Part shown: in pieces, positions 9,481 through 17,798 of the stretch
Layout: every line of letters starts with the position of its first letter
How positions within the stretch are numbered: the stretch's first letter is position 1
Assembly: GCA_964419675.1 (NCBI GenBank)
Contig: CAYQPN010000002.1
Location: forward strand, 3,073-67,072
Direction of reading: 5' to 3'
Source of the DNA: an uncultured Candidatus Saccharibacteria bacterium
GTDB lineage: Bacteria > Patescibacteriota > Saccharimonadia > Saccharimonadales > SZUA-47
Length of the DNA stretch: 64,000 nt
Program-made: the position numbers and the translations under genes
The notes under the pieces: generated by a model
Database searches by the model: none
What the model saw: the letters and a program-made list of their open reading frames with translations, nothing else
Told to the model about the DNA's origin: nothing

Positions 9481-11001
9481 ATGGGAATATTCTCAACACA
9501 CGAGGCAGGCGGAAGCGGCACAATGGTTAGCATTGAGACTAGCCTTTCGAAAGGTCTACCTGGAATAATCCTTGTTGGCTTTGCCGGCAAAAGTTTAGAC
9601 GAATCTAGAGAACGAATTAGGAGTGCTTTTTCAAGTTCGTCGATTATGATGCCGAAAAAGAGGATTACCATAAATGTGTCCCCTTCTGATGTACCTAAGG
9701 ACGGTGCACATTATGACCTTGCTATAGCATTATCAATATTAGACACTGCAGGAATAATAAAAGTTGATTCAAGGCTTAACCCGGTAGTATTAGGTGAGCT
9801 TGGGTTGGATGGTTCGATTAAGCCTGTTCGTGGACTGTTGGGCAAGATACTCTTTGCAATTAGGCAAGGGCATGAGTACTTCATTATTCCCGAGGGCAAC
9901 GTACAACAAGCGTCCTTGGTGCCAGGCGTCAAGGTCATGAGCGCTAAGAATCTCGAAAACTTAGTTAAAAAGCTAACTGTAGTTGCGCAGGCTCAAATGT
10001 ATCAGAAGCTAGATAGCTCAGCTCTGCTTAAAATTAGACAAAAATCCCTAGATTCTAACCCTTTATACGACTTCTCAGATATTATTGGACAATCCAGGGC
10101 AAAACGAGCTCTTGAAATTGCTGTTGCTGGAAATCACAATATTCTTCTTAATGGACCACCTGGAGTAGGAAAAAGCATGTTAGCTAAAGCTGTTCCAGGC
10201 ATAATGACGCCTCCGTCTATAGAAGACACCATAATAATTACTCACCTCCACAGTCTAAGTGGTGGAGCCGTTACTCAACTGCTATGGAATAGGCCGTTTA
10301 GATCGCCTCATCACAGTTCTAGCGATGTATCTATAGTTGGGGGTGGCCAACGACCGAAGCCCGGCGAGGTATCTCTTGCCCACGGTGGAGTACTATTTTT
10401 AGATGAATTGCCAGAATTTCGTCGTTCTACAATTGAAAGCTTGCGTCAACCTCTTGAAGACGGAACCGTAACAGTTTCAAGAGCAAAGGATACCGTAACT
10501 TACCCAGCAGGATTTATGCTAGTTGCTACAAAGAATCCCTGCCCCTGTGGCTTCTATGGTAGCTCTAAGCCTTGCACCTGCGCGCCTCTTGAACTTCAAA
10601 GGTATCAAAAGAAACTATCTGGCCCCATATTGGACCGCATAGATTTACATGTAACTGTTGATAATATCCAACACGAAAACCTTCTCAAGAAAGAGTCGGG
10701 CGAAGAAAAAAGCAAAGACATTAGAAGCCGGATAATTAATGCAGTGGAAATTCAAGAAAAAAGAACGCCAAAAAAAAGAAATGCTGTTTTATCTAATAGA
10801 GATATTAAAAACAAATTAGTAATTGAACCTGATGCTAAGGAGTTAATAGACACTGCAGCTGAAAGATTGGGTATATCAGCAAGAGTTTATATGAAGATGA
10901 TTAAAGTAGCCCAAACCATTGCAGATCTAGACAATTCAGACAGTATAAAAAAGCACCATTTGGCAGAAGCTCTGCAATATAGACCAATAAATCAGGAATA
11001 G
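9481..11001 (+). CDS. comM: YifB/ComM family Mg-chelatase-like ATPase
   Basis: 506-aa ORF with an N-terminal Lon-protease-like domain. AAA+ Walker A NGPPGVGKSM and LFLDELPEF. C-terminal block typical of YifB. Confidence 0.9.
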   Translation: MGIFSTHEAGGSGTMVSIETSLSKGLPGIILVGFAGKSLDESRERIRSAFSSSSIMMPKKRITINVSPSDVPKDGAHYDLAIALSILDTAGIIKVDSRLNPVVLGELGLDGSIKPVRGLLGKILFAIRQGHEYFIIPEGNVQQASLVPGVKVMSAKNLENLVKKLTVVAQAQMYQKLDSSALLKIRQKSLDSNPLYDFSDIIGQSRAKRALEIAVAGNHNILLNGPPGVGKSMLAKAVPGIMTPPSIEDTIIITHLHSLSGGAVTQLLWNRPFRSPHHSSSDVSIVGGGQRPKPGEVSLAHGGVLFLDELPEFRRSTIESLRQPLEDGTVTVSRAKDTVTYPAGFMLVATKNPCPCGFYGSSKPCTCAPLELQRYQKKLSGPILDRIDLHVTVDNIQHENLLKKESGEEKSKDIRSRIINAVEIQEKRTPKKRNAVLSNRDIKNKLVIEPDAKELIDTAAERLGISARVYMKMIKVAQTIADLDNSDSIKKHHLAEALQYRPINQE

Positions 11002-11071
11002 CCTTGTTTTTACTTCTTTAATCTGATAAGATATCCCTTAGAATTTCATTAATTTGAAGGAGCAGTAGGCC

Positions 11072-11602
11072 ATAAGTACATTTACTCGTATCAACGAGAG
11101 GATTCGAGCACCCCAGCTTCGTGTAATTGATGAGGACGGCAACCAAGTTGGTGTTCTTAGCAGAGAAGAAGCGTTAAGGGCAGCGAAAGAAGCTGAACTA
11201 GATTTAGTAGAAATTTCTCCTGAAGCTAACCCACCAGTTGTTAAGATAATTGATTGGGGAAAGTACAATTACCAGCGTACTAAGCAGATTCAGAAGAATA
11301 AGAAAAAGACTAAAGCTCAGGAATTAAAGCAAATTCGAACAGGTTTAAAAATTAGTGATCATGACCTTGAGGTTAAAGCCAAGAAAACTAGAGAGTTTCT
11401 TGAAGACGGTCATAAAGTTAGATACGTTCTTGTCTTCCGTGGCCGAGAACTAGCCCATAAGGAACTCGGGTTTAAACTAGCTGAAAAAATCATAGAGTCA
11501 TTTAAAGACGAGATAGTGGTTGACCAGTCGTCACAGTTTGCCGGTAGACAACTAAGTTTTGTAATAAGGAGAGCACAAAATGCCAAAATTAAAGACACAT
11601 AA
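11072..11602 (+). CDS. infC: Translation initiation factor IF-3 with non-canonical ATA start
   Basis: Absent from the ORF track. Frame opens after TAG at 11066-11068 and has no ATG/GTG/TTG. AAGGAG at 11057-11062 lies 9 nt before ATA 11072. Product: (M)STFTRINERIRAPQLRVIDEDGNQVGVLSREEALRAAKEAELDLVEISPEANPPVVKIIDWGKYNYQ... Stop TAA at 11600-11602 overlaps the rpmI start. Confidence 0.85.
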   Translation: MSTFTRINERIRAPQLRVIDEDGNQVGVLSREEALRAAKEAELDLVEISPEANPPVVKIIDWGKYNYQRTKQIQKNKKKTKAQELKQIRTGLKISDHDLEVKAKKTREFLEDGHKVRYVLVFRGRELAHKELGFKLAEKIIESFKDEIVVDQSSQFAGRQLSFVIRRAQNAKIKDT

Positions 11603-11774
11603 AGGTACCGCTAAGCGGGTTAAAGTAAACAAGAACGGCAAAGTATTACGCCGTAAGTCTATGGGTAATCACTTATTGCAGAAAAAGAGCGCGAGCCGTA
11701 AACGTGGTCTTGCTGGTCTAATTCAAATTACTAACAAGCAAAGTAAAAACGCTAAATTGAGATTGGGAGCTTAA
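11580..11774 (+). CDS. rpmI: 50S ribosomal protein L35
   Basis: 64-aa ORF MPKLKTHKGTAKRVKV...; sits in the infC-rpmI-rplT order. Confidence 0.95.
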   Translation: MPKLKTHKGTAKRVKVNKNGKVLRRKSMGNHLLQKKSASRKRGLAGLIQITNKQSKNAKLRLGA

Positions 11775-11782
11775 GGAGAATC

Positions 11783-12127
11783 ATGAGAGTAAAAAGAGGC
11801 GTAACAGTCCGAGCCAAACACAATAAGATAAGAAAAGCCACTAAGGGAATGACGCTTTCTAACCGCTCAAGTATTAGGCGCGGTAAGCAAGCAGTTGTAA
11901 AATCATTAGAAAACGCCTACAGAGACAGAAGAGAGAAAAAACGAACATTTAGACAGCTTTGGAACGCTAGAATTAACGCAGCAGCCAGAGATAATGGAAC
12001 CACTTACAGCAAGTTACTTCATGGGATGAAACTGAAAAATGTTGTAGTTGATAGAAAAATTCTTAGCGAACTTGCAGTAAGCGACCCGGCCGCATTTTCT
12101 AAAATTGTTAGTACTGTAACTAAGTAA
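11783..12127 (+). CDS. rplT: 50S ribosomal protein L20
   Basis: 114-aa ORF MRVKRGVTVRAKHNKIRK...RQLWNARINAAAR. Confidence 0.95.
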   Translation: MRVKRGVTVRAKHNKIRKATKGMTLSNRSSIRRGKQAVVKSLENAYRDRREKKRTFRQLWNARINAAARDNGTTYSKLLHGMKLKNVVVDRKILSELAVSDPAAFSKIVSTVTK

Positions 12128-12152
12128 CAGTTTAACTTTAGTAAATTTATAA

Positions 12153-12185
12153 GAACCCTACGCTTGAAAACGTAGGGTTCTTTGT
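12153..12185. terminator. Rho-independent terminator after rplT
   Basis: Stem GAACCCTACG / CGTAGGGTTC with an 8-nt loop, followed by TTTGT. Confidence 0.6.
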
Positions 12186-12187
12186 AT

Positions 12188-12582
12188 TACTTAGACAGTG
12201 ACTATAAGCCGGGTTTTGTCACAATCGCCCTTGAAAAGGGCTCTTGTGGCTAATCATCTATCTAGTCCTACTATTGCTAGCAGGCTCAAGCGGTTTATCG
12301 GCAGACGTCGGACAAACGACCGTAGTTAAACGATGATTCTACCTCCTTGCAGCAGGCAGGGTTTACCATTCTCTGAAGTCACCCTCAGAGATTACGAGCT
12401 CTTACCTCGCTCTTTTCACCTATCCCGTAAGTGTTTAGACTCACGGTGTTTTGTTTCTGTGGCACTTTCCCTAGAGTTACCTCCGGTTGCCGTTAGCAAC
12501 TGCCCTATCCATTTGCTGCCCGGACTTTCCTCCCTTCATAGCATTGAAGCTACGAACGGCGATTAGCCGTCACGACTAAGCC
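12188..12582 (-). ncRNA. rnpB: RNase P RNA (bacterial type)
   Basis: The minus strand carries the universal blocks GAGGAAAGTCCGGGC (revcomp of 12518-12532) and GACAAAACCCGGCTTAT (revcomp of 12204-12220). Ends pair as P1 (CTTAG..GTGAC / GTCAC..CTAAG). The ORF at 12333-12566 here is spurious. Confidence 0.85.
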
Positions 12583-12585
12583 CTT

Positions 12586-13401
12586 CTATTGTATCGCATC
12601 TGCGCCTTTTACGGCATCTAAAGCTTTGTTCACTTCCCTATCTGCAAGTTTGTTAAGCTCCCGCGGAATATGAGTATATGAAATCGATTTAATTTGAGAT
12701 GATAACTTTTTTGCAAGTTCGTATAAAGACCACAAATCTCTATTTTTAACCCGGAATATCCCCTTCATTTGGCTGACTACCAACATACTGTCTAGTTGAA
12801 CATCTAATTCCTGTACTTGATTTTTTATACACCACTCTAGCCCCATGATTAAGGCGTGGTATTCAGCTTGGTTATTCGTGGTAACTCCAAGATATTTGTT
12901 ATCTGAAAATATAACTTGGCCGTTTGCATCTGTTACCACAAAACCAGACGCTGAAGGACCTGGATTGCCTCTCGAGCCTCCGTCTGCAAAAAGTTTTGAT
13001 ACTTCTCTGAACCTTTCATTTGTACTATTTTGTTCTAAGAATTTTCTTGGTGTTTCGTAGGGTATAAACTCAAACTTCAGAATCGTAACTTGAGTATTCT
13101 CGTCTACGTGCTCTCCGTAAAAACGACGAAAAGTAGCAATCATCTCTAAAGAATCCTTAAAATCCCCCCCTGAATTAAAGTATTCTGTACCTAGTTGAGT
13201 TATAGCTTTTATTTCAACTTCTTTTATTAACAAAACCCCTGTTAGTAGCCAGCTGGATGGGCTTGTATTATCTACTTTGTCTACTAGCTCTACTCTGTCC
13301 CCCGCAATAATATCTTTATCATCATTTACGCGGAAGGTGGCGGTTTTTTCGCCTTTTTTTATTTTTTCTGCATATACGTGCTCAAACTTAAGCTGTTTCA
13401 T
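12586..13401 (-). CDS. ASCH (PUA-like) domain fused to RNase HI-like domain
   Basis: 271-aa ORF. The N-terminus KIKKGEKTATFRVNDDKDIIAGDRVELV resembles ASCH. The C-terminus ADGGSRGNPGPSASGFVV...NNQAEYHALIMGLEW...DSMLVVSQM...REVNKLAD resembles RNase H. Confidence 0.8.
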   Translation of the reverse strand: MKQLKFEHVYAEKIKKGEKTATFRVNDDKDIIAGDRVELVDKVDNTSPSSWLLTGVLLIKEVEIKAITQLGTEYFNSGGDFKDSLEMIATFRRFYGEHVDENTQVTILKFEFIPYETPRKFLEQNSTNERFREVSKLFADGGSRGNPGPSASGFVVTDANGQVIFSDNKYLGVTTNNQAEYHALIMGLEWCIKNQVQELDVQLDSMLVVSQMKGIFRVKNRDLWSLYELAKKLSSQIKSISYTHIPRELNKLADREVNKALDAVKGADAIQ

Positions 13402-13429
13402 GACTATAATTATACTTTAAAACTATAAG

Positions 13430-13548
13430 CAGGGTTAACGTAGCCATGATTTACCTGCTGTAAGTAAAGTGGGATTTGCCCGCACGTATGTCTGGGTATA
13501 ACCCCTATGATTTATTGTTCAGAAAATCATATTAGCTACGTTTCCCTG
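13430..13548. ncRNA. Candidate structured RNA in the 190-nt spacer (strand unresolved)
   Basis: Long-range helix CAGGG..CGTAGC-C-ATGATTT (13430-13452) pairs with AAATCAT..GCTACG..CCCTG (13524-13548). It encloses internal hairpins such as GTGGGATTTGCCCGCAC. No Rfam family recognised by eye. Confidence 0.25.
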
Positions 13549-13590
13549 CAGTCCTATTATATCGACGATGGCTAGATTACCGCAAGCAAG

Positions 13591-14268
13591 CTAAAGTAGG
13601 ATATTCAATATAAATTGGCGTGCATTATCGATTATTGGAAATATAACAGGCGATAAGAATGTTAACAAAAATATTATTGCTAGCAATCCAAAAGATTCAA
13701 TCTTCTCCATTACTCGCTGAACGCTAGGTGGAGCTACGGCGTAGAGCACCCTGGAGCCGTCAAGCGGAGGAATGGGTAACATGTTAAAAACGAATAAACT
13801 GATGTTAAGAGTAATAAATAATTCCAGTAATTCGTATGTGAAACCCTGAGGATCCAGGGCTTTTAAAAAAGATGCTCCGACTATGGCCAGAGCTAGATTA
13901 GTTAAAGGGCCAGCTATGCCAACCGCAGCCAACCCAATCTCTTCTCCGCTGATACGAGAAGTGTTAATCGGTACTGGCTTGGCGGCCAATATAGGAGGCA
14001 TACCTAAAAAAAGCAAAATCCCGGGCAGCGCGATTGATAAAAACGGGTCGATATGTTTAAGGGGATTTAAGCTTATTCTACCTGCAGAATGAGCTAAATC
14101 ATCCCCTAGTTTATACGCAACCAAGGCGTGCATCAGCTCATGCACAGATACTGAAAATAAAAGCAAAACCAGAAAGATCAATATTCCAGAAAAGTTTTGT
14201 ATATCTATCATTTTAAGTGTTGCTAGTAGTATAACATTTAGTCCCCTTCTAAATAACAGATTGACCAA
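13591..14268 (-). CDS. Site-2 protease family (peptidase M50) membrane metalloprotease
   Basis: 225-aa polytopic ORF with HELMHA (HExxH) in the first helix; the start may be the internal Met at 14211. Confidence 0.8.
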   Translation of the reverse strand: MVNLLFRRGLNVILLATLKMIDIQNFSGILIFLVLLLFSVSVHELMHALVAYKLGDDLAHSAGRISLNPLKHIDPFLSIALPGILLFLGMPPILAAKPVPINTSRISGEEIGLAAVGIAGPLTNLALAIVGASFLKALDPQGFTYELLELFITLNISLFVFNMLPIPPLDGSRVLYAVAPPSVQRVMEKIESFGLLAIIFLLTFLSPVIFPIIDNARQFILNILL

Positions 14269-14323
14269 ACCGTTAAAACGTAGTATATTTATAAGCTGAA
14301 CATCAAATAGATAGCGAGATTAC

Positions 14324-14515
14324 ATGAAAGCATGCGACATAACCGGCAAAAGTAAACAGTTTGGAAAGAATGTTAGCTTTTCACAACGTCATACAAGTAA
14401 AGTCTGGGAGCCAAACCTGCAAAAGAAGACTCTTATAGTTGATGGCAAAAAAGTACGAGTTAAAATTAGTACAAGTGCTCTTAGAACACTTAAGAAAAAG
14501 GGACTAGTTAGCTAA
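14324..14515 (+). CDS. rpmB: 50S ribosomal protein L28
   Basis: 63-aa ORF MKACDITGKSKQFGKNVSFSQRHTSKVWEPNLQKK. Confidence 0.93.
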   Translation: MKACDITGKSKQFGKNVSFSQRHTSKVWEPNLQKKTLIVDGKKVRVKISTSALRTLKKKGLVS

Positions 14516-14540
14516 ACTAATTAGACTACTCTGACATTTA

Positions 14541-14567
14541 AAGAGCTGTTTGGTCAGCTCTTTTTTG
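14541..14567. terminator. Shared terminator of convergent rpmB and the MBL-fold gene
   Basis: Stem AGAGCTG / CAGCTCT followed by T6; overlaps the last codons of the minus-strand ORF. Confidence 0.55.
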
Positions 14568-15198
14568 CTTTAAGCACTACTAGTTGTGTCTGGGTTGATG
14601 CAACATCTGGACGCGAAACCTTATAAGATTCTACTTCTTCGCCTAAATTCATCGAGCTAGCCGAAACAAAATCTGATAACGGTGCAGCTGGAACTTCATA
14701 TTTCAATCCACTGACATCGTAACTTGAAGGTATAACCATACCTGGTTCAATCTTCTTCATTATTGATAAGGCACCTACCGCATCAAGAGTAAAGCCGTTT
14801 CCTCCAACGGGTACTACTAGTACATCTGTTCCACCTGCTAGTTCAAGTAACTCGGATGAAACGTCGGGATGTATGTGTCCTAAAAATGTAACCGTAACTC
14901 CGCTGTACATACATTGAAAAACCGTTGCACTCTCTACGCCTTCTTCGTCCATATGGGATCTGGCCTGAATCGCGACTAGAGATAAGTCACCTACCTCAAA
15001 TTCACCAGGGCTGTCTAGTACAAGCCGTGCTTTGGCTTTCGCGCTATCAGATTCAAGCATTTTATTACTGTAAACAAGTACGTTCTTTTCGGCTGTAATT
15101 GTCTTTGAGCCAAGTGCATCTAAGTTGTCGTCTATCACAATTGTTGCTTGCTTGGTTTTTACACGAAAACAGTTAGCACCAAAAAATTCAATTTCCAT
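14554..15198 (-). CDS. Metallo-beta-lactamase-fold hydrolase-like protein
   Basis: 214-aa ORF MEIEFFGANCFRVKTKQATIVIDD...FLGHIHPD, resembling small MBL-fold (UPF0173-like) proteins. Confidence 0.6.
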   Translation of the reverse strand: MEIEFFGANCFRVKTKQATIVIDDNLDALGSKTITAEKNVLVYSNKMLESDSAKAKARLVLDSPGEFEVGDLSLVAIQARSHMDEEGVESATVFQCMYSGVTVTFLGHIHPDVSSELLELAGGTDVLVVPVGGNGFTLDAVGALSIMKKIEPGMVIPSSYDVSGLKYEVPAAPLSDFVSASSMNLGEEVESYKVSRPDVASTQTQLVVLKAKKS

Positions 15199-15206
15199 AA
15201 TTTCTC

Positions 15207-15932
15207 CTATTTCTTACTAAAAATATTATCTTTATCCAAAACTACTTGCTTCTTAGCAGAGTCGAATTGTAGCCAAAATTTATCGTTTATCTGCCGGCGG
15301 TAATCCCATTCAGTTCTTTCCATGACAGCAAATCTCAGTTCTGTGTTCTTTTCTTTTTCTAGCTGGGCAATGACCCCATCAACTGCGGTATGGTTTACGT
15401 CGCCAATAACAAGAATATCCACGCCAGCTGAATCATCTCTAGTAAATATCCCACTATAGGCGATACCTAAGACGTTTCCAGTTTTTATCCATTGTTCAGC
15501 CTCAGCTGACTCTGTAACCTGTTTTTTATCTGGTTTTGTTTCAGCTATTTCTTCGGTCTTTACTTCTGGTTGGGCTGCTTTTGCATCTACGGGAGATTCT
15601 TCAACTGCCTTAGTTGTCTTGGCTGGCTGTTTCATCTTTTGACCTGCAAACATGCTTCTTAGAGCGTCATAATGTTCATATTTCTGGCTCACTTCATAGT
15701 AGAGTTTATTGTTGGTGCTATCGGATGTAATAAGGCCAATGGACAACAGATTGGCAAGTTCACGGCGTACTGAATTTATCTGTTCTTCAACTTTTCTGGT
15801 AATTTCGCGTACATAGAAAGATCTATTTGGGTTACCCATAAATAACCTCAGTAGTTTAACACGCGTCTTTGAACCAAATAACTGTTCTACCATATGTCCC
15901 TTTCTACAAACTATTGTAACAGATTTGTTCAA
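15207..15932 (-). CDS. Winged-helix transcriptional regulator-like protein
   Basis: 241-aa ORF. N-terminal wHTH LFGSKTRVKLLRLFMGNPNRSFYVREITRKVEEQINSVRRELANL and an acidic linker. The likely true start is ATG at 15893 rather than TTG at 15932. Confidence 0.65.
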   Translation of the reverse strand: MNKSVTIVCRKGHMVEQLFGSKTRVKLLRLFMGNPNRSFYVREITRKVEEQINSVRRELANLLSIGLITSDSTNNKLYYEVSQKYEHYDALRSMFAGQKMKQPAKTTKAVEESPVDAKAAQPEVKTEEIAETKPDKKQVTESAEAEQWIKTGNVLGIAYSGIFTRDDSAGVDILVIGDVNHTAVDGVIAQLEKEKNTELRFAVMERTEWDYRRQINDKFWLQFDSAKKQVVLDKDNIFSKK

Positions 15933-15939
15933 AGAACAA

Positions 15940-17190
15940 TTAAATCTGTTTAGCTATGTATTTTTCAGCTTGAGACTGTTGTTCAAACCATTTGATGTCT
16001 TTATTTCTCTTGAACCATGAACGCTGTTTTTTTGCATACTGCCTATCGGCAGTCTCGAAGTCTTTAATTAATTGTTCTACGTCGTACATGCCTGTTGAGT
16101 CCTTGTGTGTCAAAGCTATTTTATAGCCAATGGCATCCAAACTGTTCGTAGGATTGCCGTATTTTTCCAAAACTCTGTCTAGCTCTTTCAAAAATCCATC
16201 GGCAATCATTTTTTGAATTCTTTTCTCAATTCGCTTTTCGAGCATTTCTTTGCCTGGATCTAGGCCAATAACAACTGCTCCAGCACGAATTTCATCCCTC
16301 TGAGAAGCTAGTCCCTGAGATTCTATAGTTCTTATCAAGTGACGAGGGTTATGAGAGTTGTTCGGGAGCTCAAGGCCTTGAGACACAACTAATGACTGAA
16401 GTTGTTCAACGTTCATCTTTTCTAGTTCATCCCTAGACAAACTTGATGAACTTTTGCGGAAAGGAAAATTATAAAGTAACGCATCTATGTAGAGGCCTGT
16501 ACCCCCAACAATAATGGGTAATTTACCCCTCCTTAAAATGTCATTTATTGCCTCGCTAGCTAACGATTTGAACTCAGCCACAGAAAACCTATCATAAGGC
16601 TCGATAACGTCCAGCAAGTGGTGTGGCACGACCTTCTGGTCATCTTCTGAAGGTTTTGCAGTACCAATGTCCAAACCTCGTCTAATAGTCTGTGAATCAG
16701 CGCAGATAATCTCGCCTTTGTACTTTATAGCTGTGTCCATTGCCAGTTTTGATTTACCGCTAGCAGTAGGGCCTACGATGAACAGGATTGGGGGTTGGGG
16801 ATTGGGGGTTGGGGAATCTACGTTTTTTCTAATATTCAATCCCCCATCTTCAATCGCAAGCTCCGCTTGCTCTGGCCACCAAATCAATTTTTCAACATCA
16901 ACCTTAAAATCTCCGTCTATTTCAGTAACTTCAACGCCCTCTGCCTTCAAATGCTCCGCGTGTGCCCTTCTACCTCCGGGGTAACCAGATGCTAGCCGGC
17001 CTTGCTTGTTTACCACTCGTTGCCAGGGTAGTTTTGAATCACCAAAATGAGCAATGCCCCCCACAATCCTAGCCGCCTGAGGGTTTCCTGCAAGCGCAGC
17101 TAATTGCCCATAGGTCATAACCCTACCTTTTGGTATTTGAGCGACAAGATAAACGACCCTTCTAGAAAATTCTTTATTCGATTTCTGCAC
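15940..17190 (-). CDS. miaA: Fusion of an alkyltransferase-like (ATL/MGMT DNA-binding) domain to tRNA dimethylallyltransferase
   Basis: 416-aa ORF. Residues 1-105 match the MGMT C-terminal fold, with PWQRVV in place of the PCHRV active site. Residues ~130-416 match MiaA (IVGPTASGKS, ADSQTIRRGLDIGTAKP). Confidence 0.85.
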   Translation of the reverse strand: MQKSNKEFSRRVVYLVAQIPKGRVMTYGQLAALAGNPQAARIVGGIAHFGDSKLPWQRVVNKQGRLASGYPGGRRAHAEHLKAEGVEVTEIDGDFKVDVEKLIWWPEQAELAIEDGGLNIRKNVDSPTPNPQPPILFIVGPTASGKSKLAMDTAIKYKGEIICADSQTIRRGLDIGTAKPSEDDQKVVPHHLLDVIEPYDRFSVAEFKSLASEAINDILRRGKLPIIVGGTGLYIDALLYNFPFRKSSSSLSRDELEKMNVEQLQSLVVSQGLELPNNSHNPRHLIRTIESQGLASQRDEIRAGAVVIGLDPGKEMLEKRIEKRIQKMIADGFLKELDRVLEKYGNPTNSLDAIGYKIALTHKDSTGMYDVEQLIKDFETADRQYAKKQRSWFKRNKDIKWFEQQSQAEKYIAKQI

Positions 17191-17788
17191 TAAAGTACTC
17201 CTCTACTGACTGCCAGTCACGGCATAAAGTCAAATGCTTCGGCGCCGAGTGATGCCAACCATAGTTTCCAAATAATATCGCTTTAACTCCGTGGTCAATT
17301 GCGGATAAACAATGCTCAGGGTTATCATCAATTAACCATGAAGCCCCGATTTCGCGGCATACTTCTCCTTTTGAAAGAGGCTTTGCTTTTGTTTTATGAT
17401 TTCCTAAAACGTGAAGTCCTTTATGAATTACCCCCAGATTTTCTTCAATCCATCTTGCTGTTGCAAGAGCCGTCTCTTTGTCTCTTGAAGTAACAAGAAC
17501 TATCTCAAAATCCTGCGATAGTTTGGCTAAGACGTCAGCAGCCCCCTGTTTTAGCACAACATGAGACTGATCAGTTGACATACCCCGTTCTAGCTCTTCA
17601 TAACTTATTTTATGATGTACATTATGCTGCTCCCAGACTTGTTCGTAGTAGCCCCAATATTCACCAGGCACTCTGTAATGATGCTCCTCCAGGTTTATTC
17701 CTAGCTTTGTATTCACCAGCAATCTTAAGGCATCGGTACTGTCTGCGATTACGTCATCAATATCTACGGCGATAATTTTCTTACTCAC
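17174..17788 (-). CDS. HAD-superfamily 5'(3')-deoxyribonucleotidase-like hydrolase
   Basis: 204-aa ORF with HAD motif I VDIDDVIAD. Its last 17 nt overlap the start of the ATL-miaA ORF. Confidence 0.7.
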   Translation of the reverse strand: MSKKIIAVDIDDVIADSTDALRLLVNTKLGINLEEHHYRVPGEYWGYYEQVWEQHNVHHKISYEELERGMSTDQSHVVLKQGAADVLAKLSQDFEIVLVTSRDKETALATARWIEENLGVIHKGLHVLGNHKTKAKPLSKGEVCREIGASWLIDDNPEHCLSAIDHGVKAILFGNYGWHHSAPKHLTLCRDWQSVEEYFSAEIE

Positions 17789-17798
17789 ATCGTCTCTT

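Noticed and set aside
11038-11268. 76-aa minus-strand ORF
   Set aside because: It is antisense to the clear IF-3 reading frame that starts at ATA 11072. The translated sequence is low-complexity with no homolog features.
12333-12566. 77-aa plus-strand ORF in the rplT / RNase H spacer
   Set aside because: It lies entirely within the RNase P RNA gene, whose conserved GAGGAAAGTCCGGGC and ACAAAACCCGGCTTAT blocks are on the opposite strand, and it has no SD. Spurious.
13402-13590. SRP (4.5S) RNA assignment for this spacer, and likewise for 8505-8616, 21385-21570 and 26400-26440
   Set aside because: None shows the domain IV signature: a GNAR tetraloop closed by a short helix, with a 5' …AGG… and 3' …AGCA… symmetric loop at the right spacing. 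The resemblance is limited to short words such as AGCAGG or GCCAACAGUGACG.
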